Positions 1 through 12,999 of a DNA stretch of 64,000 bases are shown piece after piece. The notes under the pieces are model-generated. The model had not been told where the DNA came from, searched no databases, and saw nothing but the letters and a program-made list of their open reading frames with translations. Source of the stretch: Lytechinus pictus (Eukaryota); the NCBI RefSeq assembly GCF_037042905.1, contig NC_087255.1, positions 9,796,001 through 9,860,000 on the forward strand, read 5' to 3'. Made by a program: the position numbers and the translations under genes. Position 1 is the stretch's first letter. The number at the start of each line of letters is the position of its first letter.

Positions 1-264
1 AAGAGCACAGGGCATGACATTTTATCTGTAAGACTCTTGAAATATGTATGTTAACTACCAATTTTAATACAGTCACTTGTACACATTTTGAATTTATCAA
101 ATGAAACGTGTACTTTCCCTGACGCTTGGAAAATTTGCCGTGTTCAACCAATCTTCAAATCGGGCGATAAAAGTAACCCAAGAAACTATAGGCCAATAGC
201 AATCTTGCCTGTTATATCAAAAGTAATAGAAAAGGCAGTCCATTCAGAATTCATGTCCTTTCTA
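1..264 (+). pseudogene. CR1/L2-group LINE reverse transcriptase fragment (duplicate copy)
   Basis: Translates to FPDAWKICRVQPIFKSGDKSNPRNYRPIAILPVISKVIEKAVH, typical of the N-terminal region of non-LTR RT. Confidence 0.9.
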
Positions 265-1907
265 TAGACGGGTCAATATACGACCAAAAATAGCCTTACC
301 CGGAACAAATTGCAACAGATGATTTTTCAACGGTATTTCATACTATTTGACCTCAGGAATAACATACTAAAAATCCGCATCCGGGAAAGTGGTTATTTTC
401 AAGATGGCGTACAAGATGGCCGCCTTCACTGAAAATGGATACAAATGACACATTATCCACCCTAGAATACTATTTCGGTTAATATTCCATGGTCTGGGGG
501 TAATTGATTTAAGCTAGAATGCATTATAAACCCTCCAGTGCACCAGGCAAATCCAAGATGGAGCCCAAAATGGCTGACGTAGGCTGAAAATCCACAATTC
601 ATCTAAATTTGATTTTTATTCAATGGTTTTAAGGGTGAAATGGTACATTGAAACAAGTTACAAAGACAGCCAATGGTCTGGTGTGTCCAAAAATCCAAGA
701 TGGCTTCCAAAAATGGAGTTTAAAATGGCTGTTGATAATTAAAATGGACATAGTTCATTTCATATCCACCTGGGACATAATGATTTTGGTGTCTAGACCA
801 TGATTTCAATGGTCAAATAAGACATTGGGATAAGTTACAAGGACAGCCAGTGGTCCAGTATGTTCAAAAATCCAAGATGGCTTCCAAAAATGGAGTCAAA
901 AACTGCTGTTGCTACTTTAAAAAAACCGACATAGTTTGCTCAGAAATATGATTTTTGTGTCTATACCATGGTTAAATGGGTGAAATAATACATTGGGACA
1001 AGTTCAAGGAAAGTCAGTGGTCTGGTAAGTGCAAAAATCCTCGATGGATTCCTGGTTTCAAGGGTCAAATAATATATTTTGGGATAAGTTACAAGGACAG
1101 TCAGTGGCCTGGTCGGTCAAAAAATCTAAGTTGGCTTCCAAAAATTGATTCTAAATTGACTGCTGCTACTCAAAGCGGACATAGCTTATTTCATATCGGC
1201 ATGGGAGATGCGATTTCGGTGTCTAAACCACTGGTTTAAGGGCCAAAATAATACATTAGGACAGGTTTTAAGGCCAGTCAGTGGTCTGGTATGACCAAAA
1301 AATCCAATATGGCTTCCAAAACTTGATTCTAAAATGGCTGTTGATACTTAAAAGTGGCATAGCTCATTTTAAATCCGCTGTGAGATATGATTTCGGTGTC
1401 TAAACTATGGTTTCAAGGGTCAAATTATATAATAGGACAAGACAATGGCAGTCAGTGGTCTAGTATGTCCAAAATTACAAGATGGCTTCCAAAAATGGAG
1501 TAAAAATATGTCTGATGTTACTTATAAAAGGACATAGTTTGTTTAATATCTGTCTGGGGAATATGAGTTTTGTGTTAAAAGCATTGTTTAAAAGGGTCAA
1601 GTAATACACAAGGGTAAGTTACAAGACCAGTCAGTTGTCTGTATGTTAAAAAAATTTAAGATTACTTTAAAAAAAAAATGGGGTGTAAATTGACTGTTGC
1701 TACTTACAAGTATGCATAGTTTATTATAAATACACCTTGGCGGTATAATTTTGTTGTCTATACCAGAGTTTACAGGGTCAAACAATACATTGGGTTAAGT
1801 TGAAAGGACAGTCAGGTGTCAGGTATGTCCAAAAATCAAAGATGGCTTTAAAAATGGGGGTCTTAAATGACTGCTGTTACTTAAAAGTGGATGTAGAACA
1901 TTATAAA
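265..1907. mobile_element. Truncated left arm of Academ-like foldback element
   Basis: Starts TAGACGGGTCAATATA after cta, same as 24460; ~125-bp subrepeats with the aaaatccaagatggcttccaaaaatgg core. Confidence 0.8.
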
Positions 1908-4359
1908 AAAAAAGCATCCATATTGTATTGGCAGCGTGCACCCGGCGAGCGTACGCCTGCACACTCTAAGACGGGATAATAGCGTCGGCCAGCGGCAGCT
2001 AGCTGCGATCATTAAAGCACAATAGAACTCACATCCGCTCTCGCAGCTCCCCCTGTGCCTGCTGCCGCTCGCTGCCATACTTTATAATCCATTTGATTAG
2101 AGATTTAATCCCCAGCTCCCTGTATCTAGCGGCAGCTCGCTGCCGCTAGCTGCGCTGTAGATATCTCAAGCGCTGCCGCTGCTCCCCATTTCTATCAAAA
2201 TTCGCAAAGGCAATCTCACGTACCCCGCGCCAGCCACGACTAGCCTTCAATAATTCCGCGGCTCGCTCTGGAATGAAGACCCAGAATGAAGAGTTAACAT
2301 ATACGTCGTGGTGCCTGTACTAGCTAGTTCCACTTGTCGTGCTGTTTTACTTCGATTTATTATTTTTATAAGCATGATAATGAAAGGCGTTCCTCTTTTA
2401 TGTTCCTAGCAAAGCATGCATGCAAGCACGCTCTATATTGGAAACGACTAACAGCTAGCTAGTATATGCTCGGCCGCATCGTGTCGCATGGCGACCGAGT
2501 ACAGATCAACATCCACGTGCGCACGATGTGATTATGACAACAATTTTCGATCTCGATATTAAAGTCGCGATGGTTCTTGATAGTTTCCGTTGTCAACGAA
2601 CTGAACTGAAAATTAACACTATCGATATAAATACTGCCGATTTCGAAAATGTTGCAGCTTGCGAATTGAGATTGACACAGAAGATTCACACATGAAAAAT
2701 AAGTTGAATTAATGACTTTTTTAACGTATGATTTTGGGGCCGGATACTGATGGATAATGCATTACACGCCTATTTTATCCCGTTTTATCCGAACGTCAAC
2801 ATTGCTTCTTAGCACTGACAACAAAAATATTAATTCTTGAGCATGAAAATCAAGAAGCGCAAGACCAACCGTTCGTTTTAAAAGAATATTAATGATCGAG
2901 CAGTTGCACGAATGGTGCCCATGCATAGTTTTTTACCTCTATTGAGGCCATAGTTTGAGACATCTTGGTATGAATAGGCCTATATTATCCAACTCGCCGG
3001 ATAATGTCCACCAAGAGCGTATAAATAGAGTGGTAGGCCTATTCATCTTTGCCATGGGAAGATATTAATATTTTTTAGAGGCCAGATAAAATGAGACAAT
3101 ATGAATATGATGCCCGAATGTAACTAAATTAGTGCGAACTATGATAGCAACGGCAGACTAAATTTTGGAGAATGATAATGACGCCAAATCATTCAACACG
3201 CTAAATCGCAAATTAACAAAATTTCTACTTTTTTTTATTTTGTTTGACATCATGCTGCCTTACTTTTTATGTTAATTTGATATACTTCCTTTTATGTTAT
3301 TTTTGTTTTTATGTTTTTGACATTTTGATTTTGTTTCTGACATCATATAATTTGTTTGGGTATATTTGTTTTTTGTTGTTGTAACTTTTGCCGAATTTTT
3401 GATATTGTAGGCACTCTTGATTCTTGAAAATTATTGGGAACGCAATCTGCTTCTGTGGGACTTTATTGGAAAAATACGCGAATTGTATTTCTTTCAGGAG
3501 AATAAGAGTTTACATTGGGAGGTTTTAATTGATTTCATGATATTTATCATTTCCACTTCAAAACAATTTCGAAAATACGTCTCGAACGATCGTGCATTAT
3601 AATCTAAGATGTCGAGTACTTTTATTTCAACGTATTTCCCTTTCTGACTTTATTGGAAAGATAAGTGAATAATATTTATTTCAGGATAAATAGTTTATGG
3701 TATCTGAAATAAATTCTATATAATTTCCACCTCAAATAATTTTAAAATACGTTCCGATCGTTCATGAGCTGATCTGAGACGTTGAGACCATTATCCAATG
3801 TATTTAGAATTTAGATTTCTGACTTAATTGAAAAGAGACGTGAATTGTATTATAGGGTTAGGAGGGTTTTTAGGAGAGAGTTTATTCTAGAAGGTAATTA
3901 AATTATTTCAATATAATTTCCAAATCAAAACAATTTTGAAATAATTTCTGTCCCGAACGATTTTCAATTAATATGAGACGTTTAATTCTTTTTATTCAAA
4001 CCCTTACCTTTTACCGGACCTAATAAACCGGCCAAAGTCAACGATCAGCACCATTAGCGTACCAAATAAGGGGGGGGGGCAGACTTCCCCCCTGACGAGT
4101 CACAACACATGCAAGTGACGTATCCCTGCCCCCCCCCCCCCCCCCCTGACGAGTCAAAAGTGATACCTGACGGGCCATAAGTGACCCCTCTCCTAATGTG
4201 AAGACCTTTTTTTTTTGCTTGTCTTTTTTTTCTGGCGCGAAATGTCATTTACTTGTGGTTCAAGACCTTTTTTGTTTGTCAAATTTTTGGGCGGACGAAT
4301 TTGCACCCCCCCCCCTCTCGAAAAATCTAGGTATACGCCACTAATCAGCACTACTATTT

Positions 4360-4524
4360 ATACCTCGGTCACATTTGCTCTACGGCGGCTGTACGGCGAG
4401 TCGAAAACAGCCGTTTTAACATTTTTGAACCAGCTGCAAATACGTGGTTTGTATTTTAAAAAATGAATAAACGGCTGTTTTTTATTCGCTTTACGGCTGC
4501 CGTAGATCAAACGTGACCGAGGTT
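4360..4524. mobile_element. Small MITE
   Basis: acctcggtcacatttgctctacggc ... gccgtagatcaaacgtgaccgaggt, imperfect ~25-bp TIRs. Confidence 0.7.
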
Positions 4525-5168
4525 TAAGTCTCGGCATAAAAATCAGTGCTTCTCAGTATCAAGAATATTCAATACTGTATTTCTAGGCACGGGATTAAAT
4601 CCGATCAGCCTTTCATCCACCAGTTTCCTATAGTGCGCTAACAATTCCCTAGTGACGCTAAAGACCACACGCAGAGTGGGGGGAGGGATTGCGGGGGCGT
4701 TAAGGGTCGAATGCAAATTATCGCCCATTATCATTAACTTTCAAAGCTAGACAAACGCCGTCTTTTGATCGCTCTGTATCATTTCGAGCAGGAACAATAA
4801 TAACAAACCGGATATGCGGTTTAGTAGTCCATTTTTTTCTTATTAAGAAACATTGAATGAAGAAAAAGAAAACGCTTTGGATCCACAGATGACATCCCCA
4901 TACAAAACATCTTACTTATGAAAAAAAAGGGAAACTGTATGATACTCATTGTAACTTCCCTACTGCAATATTTGATGACCCAGTATCATTTTAGGTCTAT
5001 TTTTTTAAGTTTAGCAACATTTTGTGAATAAATAGGCTAGGGCCTTTATACAAATAATGGGAACTGATAGATGTGACGATCCTTTTTTTTTTGTGCGCAT
5101 GTGGTTATTCAAATGAGGAAACTCTTCACCCTCTATATTTTGTTATGAACATGATGAATGGGTGCTAC

Positions 5169-5345
5169 TGCGCCAATATGTTATTATGTTTGATGTGTAT
5201 TGTGAAATGTCGCCCTCTGCGGGGGATGGTGTCTTATCGGCCCTTACGATGGCCGCGCACTGTAAATGAGGTTTGCCCCTAAGTTGGGTTAGTAAAAGTG
5301 TTATTACTGTAACTGGTTTCCCATCTCCTTTGTAACTTAATGTCG
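5169..5345 (+). repeat. 5' LTR
   Basis: Direct repeat of 9788-9964. Confidence 0.9.
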
Positions 5346-5368
5346 TGGTGACAGCTAGGATTTGAACC
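5346..5368 (+). promoter_or_regulatory. Primer binding site, tRNA-Leu-like
   Basis: tggtgacagctaggatttgaacc resembles the complement of a tRNA-Leu 3' end (TGGTGGCAGCGGTGGGATTCGAACC, recalled consensus). Confidence 0.65.
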
Positions 5369-5495
5369 TTGCCTGCTCCGCTCACCGATGGGATTCATGC
5401 TATCCGAGCAACCAGTTGGTCGGCAAAAATGTGTCGTGATAGGTGTAACAATTTTTTACTACCTCAGTGCCGTAGTCCCACATACAGTCCTTTGA

Positions 5496-7859
5496 ATGGC
5501 TGTTCCCTCTCCGAGGTCAAGCCCTCGCCCCCAGGCCCGAGAGCGAGGCCGCCCCAGTCAAGTTGGTTCTTGTACTTTTCTGTCAGAGATTCAAAACATT
5601 TCTAGTCATGCAATTGGTAAATCAAGTAATTACACAATCAGTAAATCAAGAAATTACACAGTAAATCAAGAAATTAGAGTTAGACATAGTAAAATTAGTA
5701 GATTTCATTGTGTGGATGATGTTGAACCTGTCGGTGACAGGGCCAGTCCTAATGGTCGTAATTGTGTGAATGAGAATAAACCAGACGATGATTATAAAGT
5801 GGAGAAAGAACCAGAAGATGATTATGGTGATGAGAATGAACCAGAATCGGAAAATGATTATGTCTATGAGGTTGAGAATGAATCAGAAGATGATCATGAG
5901 AATGACCCGGAAGATGATTATGTTGATGAGAGTGAACCAGAAGATTATGACAGTTTTCATTGTGATCAAGTTACTTATAAGTTGGATGATTCCAGACAAA
6001 AGTCATGCCTAGATCTACCTAGCCAATCATATCCTCAGAATCAGATTAGAGTTTTACACGTACATTTAAGCCATAAGCTTAACGATCATCAAGCAGTGTA
6101 CGATGATCATGAATCGAGAGATGATATCGGTAGTAGGTCTAGTAAAGAGATGTATGATAGATCTGCCTATTATGGCGTAAATGATAACCACAAGTGCGAT
6201 GTACCTTACTATCAGTATATCTCGAGTCCTGAACATATCCAGGATACCAATAGTTATAGCATTACACCTTCATCGATTCAGACTAGTCCTAGGCCCGCTT
6301 TAGTTCATCATAGGCCTAACGTAAACCAAGTTGTGTGCCCACTTTGTCTTAATGCTAGTCGGCATGGTTACCGCCACCATATTGGTGACTGTCCATTCTT
6401 GCCTGACCATGAAAGGCGCATGATTACTCGAGCTCGCAAGGCCGCTAGCATCCTCGGCTACACCAATTTCCAGACTTGTAGTGATACCTGCGATGAGTTG
6501 ATTGTCGATCATGACCCTGGTTGTGATCATGTTCCAGGCTGTATTCCTACTGAATATGTTGACTGTTCATCGTATGCCGTGGATCGTTCCTCCATAGATC
6601 CTAGTTTACATCTTGGTTGCTTTGATGACTCGAAGTCAGAGTCAGCGATTCAGGGAGACCCTCACTGGTGCAATGGACAATCATCAGAGTCAGATGAGGT
6701 CCAAGGTCTTCACAGTACGCCACATAGGCCTGTGGCTAGTTCATTCGTTGTGCCTAATCAGGCCCCCGTGACTCCCTTCGTGGAACTGTTCCATGGTGAT
6801 CGGTGTGTCCGTGTGAGCATTGTCTGTGGTTCTGCGGAGAATTTGATTCAACGTTCTGTGGTCCAAGACCTTGGGGCCGATATAACCGCCACTTCCCTAT
6901 CAGTTCAACCTACCGGCAATTCCTCCCCTCTTGCGATTGTAGGTGAGACCTGTCTCACATTCACAAGGGACAACAGACAGTTTCTCTTCAAAGGATTAGT
7001 GGTAGAGTCTTTGGATGTTGCTGTACAGGCTGGAATTCCATTCATGGAATTGCATGACGTGTTTATCCGCCCGGCTAAGCGCGCAGTATCATTCGGTGAT
7101 GGACCATCGTATCTGTACGGTCCTTCGGCCATCCCTCTATCCAATGCGCTTGCTGCTGGCTTACCTGACTCTACGTCCGATGGCGTTGACCAATCTTACC
7201 TTGTTTCAACTCCGGACTCCTGTAATTGTGAACGAGCCCATCCTGCTGTTGCAGACCAGTCATCTACAAGTGAAGTCGTTAGAGACATCGAACCTGTTGC
7301 TGTCTCAGACCGACATCCTATAGCCGTGGAGCCCACCAGTGAGTTTATAACACCTCAACAGCCATCGGCTCCTGATCATGACTCTTTATACCGTATAAAC
7401 TGTGTAGTCCATGACTCATCTGATGTTTCTGTATCTCAACCAGATCGTAGTCGGTCATTGGATCCTACATTGTATGATGACAGTTGGTGCCACCTGAATA
7501 CTTTTCCTCTTTCAACTCCTGTGGTCAAGGATTCTTGTGCTCTCATACACAACATCACCGTCGCCGAGCATCATCATATGGCTCTTCATCCTTGTATCCT
7601 ACGTATCAATGACCCTCCTGGTCGACCCCCAGATTCTCCTGGTGATATCCCCGGTGATGCTTCAGGTCCTACCAGTGATCCCTGGTGCTGCGAGATGTTG
7701 GATCCTCAGTTCAGGTGGCCAGACACCGTTGTGCCCTTCACTTTTGCCCTCATGATGACTTCACAGAGTCGGCCATGTCACCCTGTTGGAGAACACATTG
7801 GACTCCCCCCAGGTCGTCCTCCAGATATTGACTTTAAATCACGCAGGACCCCTTACTAG
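5496..7859 (+). CDS. 787-aa gag/protease-derived retroelement protein: acidic repeats, Cys/His knuckle, degenerate retropepsin, Pro-rich C-terminus
   Basis: Uninterrupted ORF. ENEPEDDY-type repeats; CPLCLNASRHGYRHHIGDCPFLP; retropepsin-like VRVSIVCGSAENLI...GLVVESLDVAVQAGIPFMELHDVFIRP lacking D[ST]G; two PPGRPPD motifs. Confidence 0.8.
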   Translation: MAVPSPRSSPRPQARERGRPSQVGSCTFLSEIQNISSHAIGKSSNYTISKSRNYTVNQEIRVRHSKISRFHCVDDVEPVGDRASPNGRNCVNENKPDDDYKVEKEPEDDYGDENEPESENDYVYEVENESEDDHENDPEDDYVDESEPEDYDSFHCDQVTYKLDDSRQKSCLDLPSQSYPQNQIRVLHVHLSHKLNDHQAVYDDHESRDDIGSRSSKEMYDRSAYYGVNDNHKCDVPYYQYISSPEHIQDTNSYSITPSSIQTSPRPALVHHRPNVNQVVCPLCLNASRHGYRHHIGDCPFLPDHERRMITRARKAASILGYTNFQTCSDTCDELIVDHDPGCDHVPGCIPTEYVDCSSYAVDRSSIDPSLHLGCFDDSKSESAIQGDPHWCNGQSSESDEVQGLHSTPHRPVASSFVVPNQAPVTPFVELFHGDRCVRVSIVCGSAENLIQRSVVQDLGADITATSLSVQPTGNSSPLAIVGETCLTFTRDNRQFLFKGLVVESLDVAVQAGIPFMELHDVFIRPAKRAVSFGDGPSYLYGPSAIPLSNALAAGLPDSTSDGVDQSYLVSTPDSCNCERAHPAVADQSSTSEVVRDIEPVAVSDRHPIAVEPTSEFITPQQPSAPDHDSLYRINCVVHDSSDVSVSQPDRSRSLDPTLYDDSWCHLNTFPLSTPVVKDSCALIHNITVAEHHHMALHPCILRINDPPGRPPDSPGDIPGDASGPTSDPWCCEMLDPQFRWPDTVVPFTFALMMTSQSRPCHPVGEHIGLPPGRPPDIDFKSRRTPY

Positions 7860-9787
7860 ATTGCCGTCTGATATGACCCTTCTTCAAGAGACCCTTTCGG
7901 GAATGTTGATGGGCAAGGACTTAGTTTTAATGTTCCATCGCATTATTTGAGTGACACATATCTAGGGACTTCGATACAGAGGACTCATTCATGACAACAT
8001 ATGAACTGGTATTCTTATGCTCATCATACTGATATGGACAGTATATACTCCAGTCTTCTTTGTTTCCTTGTTTCCTGTTATGCTTTTGTCTCTTTTCTCT
8101 TTGCCTTTTTTTGTGATGTGATTTGTGCATGTTTTTGATTCAGTATATTTTTAGCCTTTGCTGATATTTGTATATATATAATGTACCAGTGGACCATATT
8201 ATCATTGTTTTGATATTGCTAAATAAATTGTATCCCTTTGACAATATTGGGTACCATACAGTTTTTTAGGTGTCAGATTGTTTCCTTTTACATATAATTT
8301 TTATGACTAAAAGTTATTGATTACATGTTCATTTTGGTAATTTCCATCTTAGTGATGAGTTGGTAATCCGATATTTATAATTAATTTTCATTTTTAAATT
8401 ACATGTATTCATGTCATACTGGTTTTTATTAAATGTTGAGATATTATAATCAGGATGTATAGTGTGAGCCTGAATGCCCTTTTTTATCAGCTATTTTAGG
8501 TTAGTAATCTTTTGTCACTTCATGAATACATCTTTTACTTTCCATAGTTTATGGTAGTCTGCTTTTAGTTTGTCATGTTTTGTTGGTTTGCCTTTAGACA
8601 TTGCGCATTTCATAGCTGAGCTGTGGTGGCTGGATAGTGCCCATTGAACCTACACCTATTTATTTTACTACTGGAACAATTTGTACACGTTCATGTTTTT
8701 CTACTTTACCTATCCCAGTTTTTATTTGCTTTATGTGACCCATTGCCTATTTGTTTTACATTTTGTTTAGTGTTTGCTATTAATACTTTTGTGCAAAGAC
8801 TGTCTTTTGCTTAGCAAGACTTGTGGGCCTCCATATCCTTACATGTTCTTACAGTTGGAAAATGTATCATTGGATTGTTTATGTGTTTACTATGATAGGA
8901 TTGTTTGTCTTCAGTATGCAAGGCAGTGATGTTATTCATTTGCATTTATATTTCGCATGAATCACAACAAAAATGTAAGTTGCATTTTACATTTTTCAGT
9001 ATTTGCACATTTATGTATCTATTGTTGCATGGGCTCAAAAGTGTCCACAATGATTGTACTTATGAATGTATTGCGTATTGCTATGCCCTTTTAGTTTTAT
9101 AGCATATGCAGTGTCCACAGTGATTGTGTTTACGGATGTATTTTATTTAGTAATGCCTTTTTTAGCTTTTATCCTAAGTCATGCTTTAACTGTTTGTTTT
9201 ATAGTGTGTGTTGACAATATTGATGTTGCTACATGAATTTGACTGTTTTACAGGTTTTTAGCTTTTTAGCATACATAGGGATGTTTTCACGGCTATTAGA
9301 GTTTTTCCCCCTTTTTGGTTGGCTTGATATACATTAGGTCATGTTGATTGACTATTAAATTTTTGGTGTGTGTTTTGCCTACAGATTGAAGGGTAGATGA
9401 GATGTTGGTTATTCATTTTGTGTGTTTTGCCTACAGATAGAAGGGTAGATAAGATCTTGGTTATTTATCTATTTACGCATGTTGTACATGTTGTATAATG
9501 GTTAAAGGTACATTATGCCTTTTACTTAGTTTTATGTAGTAACCATGGTAATGGCCAATACTTTGTATTGATACTGATCTGTTAACTTACTTTGATTAAT
9601 ATGTGATACCTTCCTTGCAGGTCTACCGGTATGTTTTCCGGAATCCATGGTTTGACGAGATAACTACAGATATAGTTATTTACCATTTTAAAGAGTGAAT
9701 TGATTTTGTTGTTTAGATAGTAATTGTCCCCCAAGCCATTTGGTTTGAGGTTGACTTAATTCAAATGGAAAGATAGAGAAAAGTGGT

Positions 9788-9964
9788 TGCGCCAATATGT
9801 TATTATGTTTGATGTGTATTGTGAAATGTCGCCCTCTGCGAGGGATGGTGTCTTATCGGCCCTTACGATGGCCGCGCACTGTAAATGAGGTTTGCCCCTA
9901 AGTTGGGTTAGTAAAAGTGTTATTACTGTAACTGGTTTCCCATCTCCTTTGTAACTTAATGTCG
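9788..9964 (+). repeat. 3' LTR
   Basis: Direct repeat of 5169-5345. Confidence 0.9.
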
Positions 9965-12900
9965 CTGCGTATTTCGCGAACCAATTCCATTAGATTGTTG
10001 GATGCATGGAATATCTCTGTCGTTCTTTGATTTTCGCCATCATTTCCGATTGATGTTGTTTTGAGGTGCAAACAATTCAAGATAAATTTAATATATCTTT
10101 AGGACTGAATTCATGTTCTTTGAGAACATAAATGACACTTTCCCCGACAATATCGGAAAGACAAATGAAATGGAGTTACAAACATCTCAAATTAATGCAC
10201 GATCGATCGTGCATGATTTGAAATTTAATTTGAGTGTAAACGATTTAAATAACTGATATTTCCCTAGATGGACGAACCTATGTTCTGTCCGAAAAAAAAT
10301 AAATGACTAATTTTCCCGACAAAGTCGAAAAGGCATTTTTTAATGGAATAAAAGTCGCAAAATGTCTTATTCTTGATCCAATCCAGCATGAGATGAAAGT
10401 ATTTCAGTATGGAATATCGAGTTAAAAGATATCCTCTGTCAATAAAAATATATTTGAAGACTTTCGATGTGGAAATAATTGATTTTTGTAGGATTATGAA
10501 TATCTATATCTTCCAACAATATACGATTGTTGTTCTTGATCCGACCCGTTATAAAATGATGGTCGACTTCAAGAAAATCGTAGATATACCTATACAGAGT
10601 TTCGATCTAGATGATACTTCTAAAAGGTTTCGAATCGGAAAGAGATCCGACCCGACATAAAATGGCGGTATAAAGTTGACAAATATCGAGTTCATAAAGA
10701 TCTTAAATTATCAAAAATATACTTCTGAAGAGTTTTGGAACGGAAAGAATCTAATTCTCCCTACGCTATAATGTCTACATCTTTTAACAAGATGCAACCA
10801 TTGCTTGTTCTTGTTCCGATATGAAATTAAGTATAAAAAAGTTACTCCTCCCCCTAATCAAAATTACACTGCTGCCGCCCATCCTCCTACCCCGGATGCC
10901 GGGCAAGGGGATTTAAAAATATAGTAATGTACATAAAATAATGATCCGCATATATTCATACGATTTGCGTTCAGAATTTTATATTGCTCTAGATGCACAT
11001 CACAAGGCGGTAAATGAACGTGGACTGAAAAAGGGACGATATGTTCTATTTCCACTCCATGCAGAATAATTGCCATGTTCGTGCCATTTCTAGTTAATTG
11101 ATGCATACGCAATTGTTGATGATTATTTTACATCTCTAACAATTTTGTCCAAAAAGCGTCACTTTTCTCCTGTATCTAATTTGTCAACAAAGTTAGAGCT
11201 GCAATGCTTTTATCCTCTCAACGATAAAATGCGAAGAAACAATAGATTTAATTCCCTATAGAAATTAGAGCTATTGTGACAAGTTCGAGCAACTGGCACT
11301 TCGTCATTTCACAAAGGAGTGATTAGTCCTCATGATCGAATTCATTGAGCCCGAGCTTCATTGAAAACAGTTGGCATCTCGGTTTTTTTTTGTCTGGACG
11401 ATCTTTGTGCATTTCTTGGCAAAAATAACTATTACAAGATTTCTTTGAACAGGAGTGAAAGCAGGAAGCCTGACCAGGTTGACGTTATTCCAATAAACCC
11501 CAACATGAAACTATGAACAATGAGCACGCAATAAACAGACGAACATTATATTTCAAAAGTGTTTCGGGTAATTATAATTTTTCAATGTAATTTTAAAAAT
11601 CGCGAGAGCAAAAGAAAGTGTGAAAACGGAGAAAAGCAAATAGAATGAATTAAAGGATGTTAAAAAAAAACAAATGTGAAAAATAGAACATGAAGATTTA
11701 AAGAACGGGATTTTAAAAATAGCAACCAATTAAGCCGACATTATATGTTTTGGGTAGTTGGACATCAAACATGTGGTGGGGGGGGGGGAACACGTCCTTC
11801 CAAAAGTCAGTTAAGCGTAGAGGACACAAAATTGCCATACATGTACATCCCTGCTCACCCCCACCCTCTCCCCCCAACAAATGGAAGCTTTATTTCATTT
11901 GATTATTTACGAACGTTGTCTACTTGTCAAAACTATCAAAATTGTCAAGGATCTGCCTTATAGAAAATTCAAGCGCACTTCGTGTCGTGTTCTCGTGCTT
12001 GCGCCATTTACAAAGGCCAAATGAAATTTGATCTTAGTTATATAGCAATATAATGAGGCATATCTCTTAAAGTAGCTGAAAAGGCGACAAGGCATTGTGG
12101 CCCCGGGTAAATCTAGGAGTTACACTCATAAGTGCCCACATGAGTATGGACTTGGTTTTATACCCCCCCCCCTATTTTTAAGTTTATCTTTCTTTTAATT
12201 ATGTTAACAATTTGCATAGATTTTGTATCCCCACGCCGATACAAAAGGTAAGTTAGAATCAAAGTTCTAATAATCCCGCCTTCTAACAAGGTATTCTGTT
12301 TGGATGCCTATTGACATTACCGCCCTAAAAAATATAATTGTACATAATAATACCATAGAGCTATATATACTTTGTTGATTTCAACGTGCCCGGGATTTTA
12401 TAGGTCTAATAAGTTTCGACCCCCCCCCCCCTTTACATGAAATCGCCGACCAATTTTTCAAAAGATTCTAGTGTTGGATGACTTTTAAAAGCATTAAAAT
12501 ATTATAAGAGGGCAAAAAAGTAGAGACTCCACAGGATGTTCCTTCTTATCCCCTTTTAAAATTAACTGATTAAGAAATACCTAACAAAGGTGCTGTTTAA
12601 GTCATTAAAGATCAAAGCGTCATTTTGCTTTCACCATATAATGCGCGACGAGTTCTTTTCAAAGAAAGTATCCGACTTAGATTATATTGATTAATTATCA
12701 TTGAAGGGTCATGGGCGTAGCGGACATAAATATTCTGCGAAAGATCCTGCTCTTTTCATTGCGCTTGAGCGTTTTTCATTAAATTGATTAATTGTGTATA
12801 CATGTACGTGTATGAAAACAGTCATAATGAATTGCGAAGAAGCACTATTATACTCACCTGCTGCGACCAAATAATTCAATGATTATGTAAAAATGAAATG

Positions 12901-12999
12901 AAATTACTTGAATACTTTTGCATAAAATATTATGGCATAAAATCACAAATTTTGTAATTTGAACCATCAAATTAATGGCAAGGTGAATTATATCATTCT

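Larger units (their letters stand above)
1..1907 (+). repeat. Segmental duplication copy of 24196-26100 (LINE RT fragment plus left arm of Academ-like element)
   Basis: Colinear near-identity at offset ~24195 (identical 87-aa ORFs at 976 and 25171), with only scattered substitutions and homopolymer indels. Identity stops at ...acattataaa, next to the TIR at 1911. Confidence 0.95.
5169..9964 (+). mobile_element. Non-autonomous Gypsy-derived LTR retrotransposon (no RT/RNaseH/integrase)
   Basis: 177-bp direct repeats 5169-5345 and 9788-9964 with one mismatch. tRNA-like PBS follows the first repeat. Purine tract ggaaagatagagaaaag precedes the second. Single long ORF then ~1.9 kb of T-rich noncoding sequence. 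Confidence 0.88.

Noticed and set aside
976-1239. Identical 87-aa ORFs at 976 and 25171
   Set aside because: They lie within Academ subrepeats; identity reflects the segmental duplication, not coding constraint.
10860-12900. Possible spliced transposase remnants on the minus strand inside the TIR element
   Set aside because: A few splice-like signals exist, but no recognisable DDE motif or sustained reading frame by eye.
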